DNA of 64,000 bases from Octopus vulgaris (Eukaryota): the NCBI GenBank assembly GCA_951406725.2, contig OX597817.1, positions 88,598,001-88,662,000 of the forward strand. Direction: 5' to 3'. This document shows positions 1-12,000 of this stretch, piece by piece. The notes beneath the pieces are model-generated. The model was not told the DNA's origin. It worked only from the letters and a program-made list of their open reading frames with translations, and did no database searches. A program made the translations under genes and the position numbers. How positions within the stretch are numbered: position 1 is the stretch's first letter; every line of letters begins with the position of its first letter.

Positions 1-699
1 TGGAATTTGAACTCAGAGCATAAGGATGAGTGAAATGCCACTAAGCATTTTGCCTGGTGTGCTAATAATACTGCATTATTGATGGTTAATATTATCAGCA
101 GTGCTATTTGGTTGTCCACAGTCAGGACTCCTCAATTTGCTGTCTCTTCTCAACTGAAAATTAATAGGTACCACAACAGAGCAATACTGTTATAAATGAC
201 ACAAACTCTTAGTGTGGGAGTGATATGTCATCAGTTTGCAATATTTAGCTTAGTTGTTTTTAGAAATATAACTTGTAGAAGTTATCTCTCTCTCTCTCTC
301 TCTAAATACACACACACACACACACATAAATGTATAAACATATATACACACAAACTACGTATACCTTACTTTTGATAATTAGTCAAAGTCAGTGTTCATT
401 AAGTTTCAAATCACATTCTATTATTTACTAATACTAATTAATTGTCTTTATATCATTTGCTAATACCAATTAATTGGTTCATTTGTAAAAAGCATGTTTA
501 TAGAATAAGAATTTCTGACTGACTAACAACTTCAAGATTTCTAGAGAAAACATTTAACCCCCCCCCTCCTCAAGATATTGTATTGTCTCAACTCGTCCCT
601 TGGGCTATTGTAACTTCTATTACTACTATCATTATTATTGTTACTACAACGATACTCATCCACCGTTCTCATTACTACATTATTTTTTATCTTTTACAG

Positions 700-920
700 T
701 CAACAGAAAATGATTCTTTTAAAGCTGACCCTTGGTCTAATACACAGACTGACCTTAAAGGGAGTTGCAATCTCCATTTTGATCCAGTTCTTGATGATGT
801 CACTGTTGTTGATGGTCGTATTATTGAGAAAATCTGCAAAAGAGCCATAATTGTTCTTCAGTATAAGCAAAAATGGGAGACTCTTGTTGATATTATTCTT
901 CGCTTCAATGCTTTGACAAA
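700..920 (+). CDS. CFAP54: CFAP54-like exon 1 in window ([12 protein letters not shown]...RFNALT)
   Basis: cttttacag acceptor; gtaaac donor at 921; phase 0 to 2. Confidence 0.88.
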
Positions 921-3900
921 GTAAACATAATTTGTATTTCATTTTATCTTTTTTTATTGTAATCATTATTCAAATGTTTGTACCGTCTTTAATAATTCTT
1001 TTATAAGTCTTTATAGATTATGATATGAACTCCCCTTATTATATAGACCCCTGCCCACCAGAAGATTGTTGTTCAAATTCTACTTTGCTTATAATCAAAA
1101 ATCTTCCTCTCTTAGCGTTATAGATTATATAGGCACATGTATGACTGTGTGGTAAGAAGTTTGCTTCCCAACCACATGGTTTCTGGTTCCGTCTCACTGT
1201 TTCATAACTTGGGTAAGTGGCTTCTACTTTAGCAGACCAAAGCCTTCTGAGTGGATTTGGTAGATGGAAACTGAAAGAAGCCCATAGTATATATGTGTAT
1301 GTGTGTGTGTTTGCTTGACAATTGGTGCTGGTGTGCTTATGTTCCCATAATTTAGTGATTTGACAAAAGAGACTGACAGAATAAATACCAGGCTTAAAAA
1401 ACATAATTACTGGGGTTGAGCCATTTGACCAAAATTTCTTCAAAGTGGTGCCGAAGCATGGCTGCAGTCTAATGATTGAAACGAGTAAAAAATTAAAGAA
1501 AGCTACAGGCTATATAGGTCACTGGCTATATAAGCCACTGGATATATAGGCCACATGGTGTGTAGTTAGGTTGCATTACTTAATAATAAAATAAAAGGTG
1601 CCCTATACTTTGAAACAACTCAAGAGCTCAGTATCATGAGTATTGAATAGTTACATATGTTACTAACAGATGCAGTGTTAATACCAAGAGGTAATATTTA
1701 TCCCCACTTAAATGTGGATGTTCTGTGAGAACAAACTACACAAAGGTAGACACCATGAGTGTTCACTGGCTAATTGTGACACCAGCACCTGTTCTGGCAC
1801 TGTTTTCCTATATATACTGCTGGCAGGGAGATAGGTTGCTACTATCTCTAACAGTTGAATGTCCATTATTGATAAGGCCAAAGAAGGTTGAATACATGTG
1901 ATGGGTGGTTTCAGCACTGAAGGTTGAGGGGATTTATTTCGCCACTAATGGTATAAACAAGAGTGCATTTTGCACCAAAAGCCTGTATGTAAGTTTCTCT
2001 CATGGTATCTACAGCATGATATTTGAATTAACTTTGCATCTGCTTTTGCCAAACAAGGCCAGCATGCTGGAAATTGATTATGATATAATTTATTGTTTTA
2101 TATAGCATAACTCTATGTATGATAGAATAATATATGTAAAACTTCATAGCATAACATAAACATTTTATGGCACAGATGTGGCTGTGTAGTAAGAAGCTTG
2201 CTTCCCAACCACATGATTCTGGGTTCAGTCCCACCACATTGTATCTTGGGTAAGTGTCTTTTACTATAGTCTTAGCCAACTAAAGCCTTGTGAGTGGATT
2301 TGGTAGGCAGAAACTGAAAGAAGACTATCATGCATGCATGTATGTATGTATGCATGCATACATGCCAAATAAACACACACACCATACTTTTGTTTTTTAC
2401 TTCAGGTTTATTATTGTTCTTATTTTATGCCCTTTGTCTGGAAATCATTCATTCTGTATATTCCACGTGGACTAAACAGAACAGGAGGAGACACATGGGA
2501 TGGAGAGCCCCTGAAGAGGTCACAGGATATGTGACTAAAGATTTCTTGGCAAAGGATACAAAATATGAACAATAATAAACAAGTGAAGAACAAATATACT
2601 CTGTGTGTGTGTTTATTTGGCCAAAAAAAAAAAAAAGAAAATGACCATCCCGAAATATCTGTTTCAACATGCAATTTCACATCAGAAATCTTGCAAAATA
2701 AATATGTAAAAATATTTTAATATTATTTTCTGTAATTAATTTTGCACTGGTAACAAGTAACTGGTATTACCCATATTCATGAATAACTTTTGATAATCAG
2801 AATAGTACTTTAAAAACCTCCACAATTTTTTAGTTAACATTTTCAATCTGAGTTTCTTTGCGATTATAGAAAAATTTGCAATATTTGAGAAAAAAACTAA
2901 GCATTGGAAAATATAGTTTGCTGAGAAAATAGTTAAAAACAAAGAAAAATTAGAAATCACATTAATTTTGAATGTGTTGTAATGAGAAGAATTACAGTTT
3001 TAATCAAAACAAGATCACATTATTTAAGAATGAACCCCACAAAAATTGTTTATTAAAAATTATTAAATAAAACAACAATGCATTAACTATAGATAAAATG
3101 GGAAATAGTTTCACTGAGTAATTCAGTTGATATTTTCATTTAGCTTGAATGTTTCCACTTGTAAATGTAAATCTCTGTCACAAGTCTGGCCCCAGAATTA
3201 CTTACATAGCCACAATTGTGGTCATTCTAAATGTACCACTCTGAGTACTACCAAAAACATGTAATTCAGTACTTGTCCCATAGTCATCATCAATTAAATT
3301 TGCTCACACCCATCAACCTGGTGAGGAGTATTGTAAGAAACTGAGTGGGACAAGAAGCAAGATCAGATAAATAACTTGTTTAACCTAATACAGGGTTAAC
3401 AACTATCTAGCAACAGTGCATGGAGACATAGAAATATTGGAGATAGTGAATGTGAGCACTGTTAAGAGTAATTTGGGAGTGATAGGCCCTTGTTGCTTAC
3501 TCAAATCCAGTGCTCAATTAGTGTGGAATGTGACAGCTACTGGTAATCTTAGCCTTTCTAGCTATGTAGGTGAATACCTACTGCAAGTTAATCACTGTCC
3601 AGTTTCACAATATTCTGATGACTAGAATATATGACTTGAGGGGACCAGGGGCCCTCTTGTGAAAACCATCCAACAACCACCACCCCAAAAGCATGTTCAT
3701 CTGAATGATGTAATCTCAGAGGAGGTAGCTAAACATGCAAAATTATTTGACATGTAAGCTGAAACAGCTACAGTTACACAGCTTCCGTTTTCTACATGAA
3801 ATATTTTAAGTTTAGGAAAAATAATTATTATTTGACTATTTAATAATGTCAAATTTCTTTTCTTGTGATGTACTTTTGTAATATTTAACTGAAGAATCTA

Positions 3901-6900
3901 CCTATACATAAAGAAGAAAGGTTTTTGTATGATGATGTAGGTCATAGAAGAAATAATTCAATAAAACATTATCATGTTTGCTTTGTTTGTTTTATGGTTT
4001 CACATTCAAATAAGGATTAGATGCCCATTTTAATAAGCTCGGTTTTCCACATGTGAAAAACTGGTAAAACTTATGAAACAAGTGATGGAATTTGTGAATG
4101 TGAATGAACATCATAATGACCATTCTAAATTCATTGTTTTATGAAAATATAAAAGAAATAGTTAATTATTCTATTCAGTGCAATTATTCATCTTTATGGT
4201 TTTCAGTGAGAAATTTGCTGAATTTACATTTCCTCTGTTAGTTAATGCTCAACTTCACCTTGAGAAACAGTGTAATTCTGAAAAGGCCTTTGTAGCAGTT
4301 GGTTTAGAACAACTTGTTAACAACCCTGATGGGAGTCTCAATACCAAGAAATATTTGAATCTACAGCTAAAAGTCTCTGCAACTAAACCTAAGCCTGTTC
4401 CTTTGGGTACTTATCTTGATGCACGCAGTTATAATACCAACAAAGGTAAGATATCAGAATAAAGTTATTTCCATTTTTACATATTGTCCTTATTGAATTG
4501 AATGATGGAATACTTTAGAATAATATACAACTTACATAAATATGATGAAATACTTCATAACTAGTCATGGAGTATCCATGAATAAATCTTCTTCACCAAA
4601 CAAAGACATAAAAAATGAAAGACAATGTATCCATGATTACATTATCCATTATGTTCTTTCTTTTTTCAAGAAGGTAGAATGTAGTTTGAGGCTGCTATTT
4701 TAAGCAGGTTGAGCAGTTTTGTAGAGGCTCCAATATTGCCTTTCCTATCAGTTGTAATAAGTGTGTTGTTACATCATACAGGTATGGTTTGAAATAAAGC
4801 TTAGACAAAGTAAGTCAATTTATAAGTCTTATAACTTCCCCTCTCTGTATCACTATGTGTCTTTCTCCCTCTCCTTTGATTACTTTAGTTTAGCCAAGAC
4901 CTACTTCCTACTTCCCCACCTACCACCCTATATAAACTAAAGCTTGCCACGGACCCTCTCTACTACACCTCAATTCCTTGGCTGTGAAATACGTATCTCA
5001 GAGGATGAAAAACCCCAGATAAGCGATTTAAATTCAACTTGTCATTAATTACATTTCATTGTATTTCTGTCAGTATTTTTCATTGTAAACCCTTATTATT
5101 ATCATCTCCCCTCTCTTCTATCTTATTCTGTCTGTAAATATAGTTCTATTCTTCTGTCTTAACTTTAGCTCACGCATTTCATTTCAGTTCTATATTTTTG
5201 TTCTTACTTGTTGATGGCTGAGATAACAACCACACGTCTCAAATTTTATCTTTCTCCAAAAATCCCTGAAGCCATAACTCCCACGTCACCCTGTCTGCCT
5301 CTCTATCTCTCTCTTACAACTCCTAGCACATGTTTGTTAGTTTGCGGTTCGCCCACCTTCCCACCCCCTCCACCTATACCGGAAATCCTTATTTTGTCAT
5401 CTTTGGTTGCCTCCCATGAACACTTCTGAAGTCCTTACGCCATCCCCACCCCTACTATATAAGGTAGTGATCATACAGTGCAAAATATAATAGTGTAGTG
5501 TACGCAGGTTGAGCTTAAGACTATCGTTGTTATGAATTCTGCCAAATGCGAGCTCTCTTTTCAGGTACATGACGGCTCTGTCCGCCGTCCCAGGGTCTCT
5601 AGGGCCTATACCTCCCACACCCTCAGGGTTGGCACTCTCAATGTCGGCATACTGAAAGGTAGGTCCGGTGAGATTGTTGAGTTGCTTGAACGGAGATGTG
5701 TCAATATGTGCTGCATCCAAGAAGTAAGGTGGAGAGGAGGTTCTGCTACGTTCCTCACAGGCAAAGAACACAGGTACAAGATTTTCTGGGCAGGGAACAC
5801 TGACGGGGTTGGGGGTGTGGGTATACTTCTTGCAGAGAAATGGGTAGATAAGGTAATTGAGGTAGTCAGAGTATGCGGCAGAATACTTAAGATTAGATTA
5901 GTGCTCCATCATGGGTTAGCAACCATTATCTCGGCCTATGCCCCTCAGCCAGGGCTACCCGATGGACAGAAAGACCGATACTATGACACCCTCTTGCAGA
6001 CTACCACATTGACGAATAACAGGGACCTTCTCTTTGTGGCTGGTGACTTCAATGGACATGCAGGACAACATGTCGGGGGCTTCCATGGCATACATGGAGG
6101 CTACGGTTTTGGCTCTCGCAATGAGGAGGGAACCAGGCTGCTGTAGTTCTGTGACGCAAATGATCTTATGGTTTGCAATACTAACTTCAGAAAACCTGCC
6201 AGCCATATAGTCACCAACCGATCTGGCAGACACACTAGTCAGATTGACTACATCCTCACCAGAAAAAGGGAAAGATGGCTGCTTATAATGCCAAAACCTT
6301 CCCTGGCAAAGAATGTACCCCACAACATAGACTGGTAGTTAGTGACTTCAGGATCAGGGCTAAATGGATGCCCAGAAGATGACCCGCAAGGAGAAGACGG
6401 GTCTGGAGACTTAAAGAACCTGCTAACAGACAGAGATTTAGAGACATATTACTCAGAGCCTTTGATGAAATAGAAGGGGATATAGCTTCACATGGTATAG
6501 AAGACAACTGGAGGTTCCTACGGGACAACCTGCTAAGGGCCACCGTCCAGCTCTGTGGATGGTGCAAAGCTCCCTCTCAACCCAAAATAACGTGGTGGTG
6601 GTGGAACAATGTTGTTGACAAGGCTATTAGACAAAAGAAACAGGCTTGGAAGGACTGGAAGAACGGTGGTAGCAGAAAGTGTATCAGACTGCCAGAAGAG
6701 AAGCTAGGAGGCAGGTTTATTTAGCCAGAGGGGAAGCAGATAATAAAAAATTTGCCAATGTTCTGCGCCGTGAGGACCGAAGACTTGAGGTATTTCGTGT
6801 TGCAAGACAGTGTGTGAGAGAGAATCGTGATGTGGTTGGTGAGAAATGTGTTCGCATGGATGATGGTTCACTTGCGCTAAATGAGGATACAAAGAGAGAG

Positions 6901-9056
6901 GTTTGGAGATGCCACTATGAAAGGTTGCTGAATAAAGAAAATGAATAGGATAAAGAGAGTCTGCCGAATGTCGACCCAACAGAGGGACCAGCTATCCGAG
7001 TTGATAGTTCTTTGGTAGTTAAGGCAATTATAATCATGAAGACAGGGAAAGCCCCAAGCCCATCAGGAATTACTGCAGAGATGCTCAAAATATCTGGTAG
7101 TGTTGGCTATATCCTAGTCACCTGTATAGTTAGCCAGGTGATACACGAAGGTGTCATACCCAATGACTGGTGTAGCAGCATAATAGTCAACTGCTACAAA
7201 GGTAAAGGTGACGCCCTAGATACAAATAATTACAGAGGTATCAAGCTGTTGGATCAGGTAATGAAGGTTACGGAGAGGGTCATAGCCCAACCGATTAGGG
7301 AGAGAATCAACTTGGATGAGATGCAGTTTGGTTTCGTGCCAGGGAAAGCACCACTGATGCTATATTTCTGGTGAGACAGCTGCAGGAGAAATACCTAGCC
7401 AAAGATAAGCCCCTGTACCTGGCTTTCGTTGACATGGAGAAAGCCTTTGACAGGGTCCCCCCGATCCCTTATCTGGTGGTCAATGAGGAAACTAGGGATA
7501 GATGAATGGTTAGTGAGAGCTGTGCGTGCCCTGTACAGGGATGCTGTTAGTAAGGTGAGGGTTGGCAACGAGTACAGTGAAGAATTCCGGGTGGAGGTTG
7601 GGGTCTACCAAGGTTCAGTCCTTAGCCCCCTCCTATTTATCATAGTCCTCCAGGCAATAACGGAGGAATTCAAGACAGGATGCCCCTGGGAGCTCCACTA
7701 TGCTGATGACCTTGCTCTAATTGCTGAGTCACTATCAGAACTGGAGGAGAAGTTTTAAGTGTAGAAACAAGGATCAGAATCGAAGGGCCTTAAAATCAAC
7801 CTAGCTAAAACCAAAGTCCTAATAAGTAGGACTTCCAGGGAGAAAAACTAGAAGTAGTTGATAGCTTCCGTTATCTAGGTGACCAAATTAATAGCGAAAG
7901 AGGGTGCGCTGAAAGTGTAGCTGCTAGAATAAGAATAGCTTGGGCAAAGTTCAGAGAGCTCTTACCTCTGCTGGTGACAAAGGGCCTCTCGCTCAGAGTA
8001 AAAGGTAGACTGTATGATGCATGTGTATGAACAGCCATGCTACACGGCAGTGAAACATGGGCTGTGACTGCTGAGGACATGTGTAAGCTCACAAGGAATG
8101 AAGCCAGTATGATCCGATGGATGTGTAATGTCAGTGTGCATACTTGATAGAGTGTAAGTACCTTGAGAGAAAAGTTGGACCTAAGAAGCATTAGATGTGG
8201 TGTGCAAGAGAGACGACTGCACTTGTATGGTCATGTGACAAGAAAGGATAAGGATAGCTGCGTGAAAAAGTGCCACACCTTAGCGGTTGAGGGAACCTGT
8301 CGAAGAGGTAGACCCAGGAAGACCTGGGATGAAGTAGTGAAGCACAACCTTCGAACATTAGGCCTCACCAAGGAAATGACTAGCAACCGAGACTTTTGGA
8401 AATATGCTATGCTCGAGAAGACCCGGCAAGCCAAATGAGACCATAACCTGTGGCCTATGCCAGGAACATAACCAGCCCGCTTATGCATACCTTTCCTTCT
8501 TTGGTAACTATACTCTGCTTGCGAAGACCTGTTGAGGCAAGTGAAATCAAAATCAAAATCAAAATCAATTAGATGACTGGCATTGGTGCTAGTGGGGTGC
8601 AAAGAGCACCATACGAGTGTGATCATTGACAGAGCGGCTACTCGAGTATGATCGTTACCAGCGTCGCCTTACTGGCACTTATGCCTGTGCTAGTAGGGTG
8701 CCAAGAGAACTTTCCGAGCGTGATCGTGTCCAGAGCAGCCAACTGGCTTCCATACCCATGGCACGTAAAAGGGCACCATTCGAGCGTGATTGTTACCAAC
8801 ATCGATTCACAGGCACCTGTGCCAGTGGCACGTGTAAAAAGATTCGAACGAGGTCATTGCCAGTGCCGCCTGACTGGCCCCCATGCAGGTGGCACGTAAA
8901 AAGCACCCACTACACTCTCGGAGTGGTTGGTGTTAGGAAGGGCATCCAGCTGTAGAAACTCTACCAGATCAAGATTGGAGCCTGGTGCAGCCATCTGGCT
9001 CACCAGCCCTCAGTCAAAATCGTCCAACCCATGCCAGCATGGAAAGCGGACGTTAA

Positions 9057-9097
<41 letters not shown>

Positions 9098-12000
9098 ATA
9101 TGTGTAAACAGAATTTCGAAATAAGTAAACTGAGTTTTTGCCAAAAGTTCAATTGTAATTATTTATATTAAAAAGAAATAAAAATATTGAATTAACAAAC
9201 TAAATTTGATAAACAAACATTTCAATTTTTTAAACTCTGTTGTTAATTGAGGATAGTATTTAGTTGCCAACCTTGAATTATGTTGCTAGAACAAATTTTA
9301 AATTATATAAATTGTACTTTGCTAAAATTGCTTTAATTATCTACAAAAGTAATAAAATAGTATGACTAACAACTAATTTGATATTTGTTATGAACATCAT
9401 GAAGCTAATCTGTGGGAATATAAAATAATATTTTGTATGTTTAAATGTGTTATTGAGAGAAATGGGCTCTGTCAGACTGAATTGACTCACCAACTAAAGT
9501 GTTTTGCCATAAAGCATTCTATGATGAACCCAGACACATCATTGGTGATGTTTCCTAGACCCTAGCTTGTGTCCAGTTAGCATTATCCCTAGTAGCACTA
9601 CTCATTCCATAGTCACCTTGAAGCAATCTCTGATGACCTCTACAACCAAACTGATGACCTTGATGGGATCACACCTTGCTTGCCAGCCATTGCTTTGGCA
9701 TAATTTAAAAAAAGGTAAAGTTACCTTCTTAAGTCATACCAACTCATAAGGGCCAGTTTCCCAGTTTCATTCCCCGCCTGGATGGGACATTGATCCAGTG
9801 CAGGATGACTCATTTTTACCAGCTGAGTGGACTTGAGCAACATGAAATGAAGTGTTTTGTTCAAGAACACAGCGCGTCACCTGGCCCAAGAATGAAAACC
9901 ACAATCATACGACCATGAGTCCAACACTCAAACCACTAAACCACTACCTCAGTATAATTTCTCCTCTTGCTCTCATTAATCTCCTCATTGCAGTCTTCCC
10001 ATTGGAGTTATGAATATATCTTTACAAGAGTAAAAATATAATGTTCAAAGCAGTTATAAAAGTATTTTTATTCCATTTTCTTTCTTAGTGATCTCTTTAC
10101 ATATCTATCTATTTTCTTTGTGATACTTTTACTCAACAATGATTGTTTTCTTTAATGCTGACAAACTAAAGGTGATGCACTCAACTTGATATCTGTGCCG
10201 ATAGATATTGACAGCAGTTGGAAGTACATTCAATCAGTTGTAGAAGTAAGTGATTATACAGTGCGCTCAGTGTATCATAGTCGACAACTTCTGCATCTGT
10301 ACATTGCTGGAAGATTTTATTGTAAGTTGAAATATTCTTCTTGTATATATTGGTGTGTTCTTTAGCTGAACATTATAAAACTAAATTTTGAGATCTTGGA
10401 TTTAGCTCAAAGTCAAATTATGTTTTTGTGAATAACTGCAGGTATTACTGTTTGGTAAAAAGTTTGCTTCCCAACCACATGGTTTTAGTTTCAGTCCTTC
10501 TTCATGGTACCTCTTGCAAGTGTCTTCTAATATAGCTCTGAGCTGACTAAAGCCTTGTGAGTAGATTTAGTAGATGGAAACTGAAAGATGCCTTCTGTGT
10601 GTGTATGTTTTTTTGTTTTTTTTTACTGTCTCCTTGCCTTGATTTCATTTGATATTTTGTAAATGAGTGTCACCATCATGCAAGTGCTGCTCTTCATTTC
10701 TAATCTACCCTAGAAACATGGCTGGTCATGGAGAAATATTATCTTACTTGGAAAAAGATGAGAGTTTGTGAGAGGAAGGGCTGTTGAAAAATATGCTTCA
10801 AACAAAAACCATCCAACCCATGCAAGCATGGAAAACTAGCTGTTAAAATAATGATGATAATGATGGTGTATATCTTACAAAACTGGATTGCTGTGTTCAT
10901 CTTTCCATTCATTATTTATATATTTAAAAAATTTTAATCATATATTTAAGATTTCATAAAACCCAAATCTTTGACTAGAAACAATATGAAACCTTCTAAT
11001 GAATATTGTATATGAGTATAGTATGCTGACATACAAGGGTGACAGATAATCAATCAGAGACAATCAGTTATGTGCAACTAAAGTACTATTTAATGAAAAT
11101 AGCAATACGTGTATCACACTTAATGCAAAACCACAGAGGCAAGCCAAGTTAATTATAGGAGTTGTCCGGAGATATCTCTTATGGACTGTTAATGTGTCTT
11201 GGAAGGATTCTGACTACCCTTAAGTGACTAAAAGTGAACAGACACATTGCTATAAAGTAAAGAACTGTGAGCAATTGAAGGGCAAGCAGTTCACTGTGAG
11301 CTATGACTGAGAGCGTTTAACCTTGTGTAACAATAATTGTATTGCATTGTGTGAATACTTTCCTTCCCACTGCTTTGTTAAATTATCTATCCAACACCAG
11401 GATATAAAATAATGCAAAAATCTATGTGTAGCAGATGAATTAAAGGGTACAAATATTGGTACAATAATTTTTATAAGATACAGGAGTACTGTACAATTTG
11501 ATAAGCTTTGTTAGATTGCAGTGTTGATAGTTCCTCAGGTTTTGCTAAAAGCTTGGAGAAGACCAAAATCATTGTTATTGTATGATTTGTTTTGAGATCC
11601 AGGTATGGGTTTTGGTAAAAAGCCATGAATATGACTTGTGTACATCTAGCCATACTGTATTAAAGAATCATCACATATTAAATAAAAGAATCAACTGCTA
11701 GAGATCAATTCTATGATTAAGATTGTATATATATATATATATATATCACCATCATCATCATCATAAAAATAGGTGCAGGCATAACTTTGTGATAGGAAGT
11801 TTACATCCCAATCACATGGTTCCACTTCATGTTACCTTGGCCAAATGTCTTCTACTGTAGTTGCTGACTGACCAAAGCCTTATGAATGGATTTGGTAGAC
11901 AGAAACTAAAAGAAACCTACTCTCTCTCTCTCTCTCTCTCTGTTCCTGTATATTAGCAGTTCAACAAAAGAGAATATAAGTGCCAGATTTTAAAAAAATA

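Noticed and set aside
7825-7840. Deletion in the RTE copy as a spliced-out intron
   Set aside because: The deleted segment lacks GT-AG ends and the junction is out of frame.
5397-8626. Minus-strand ORFs overlapping the RTE element
   Set aside because: They are antisense shadows of the LINE ORF with no independent motifs.
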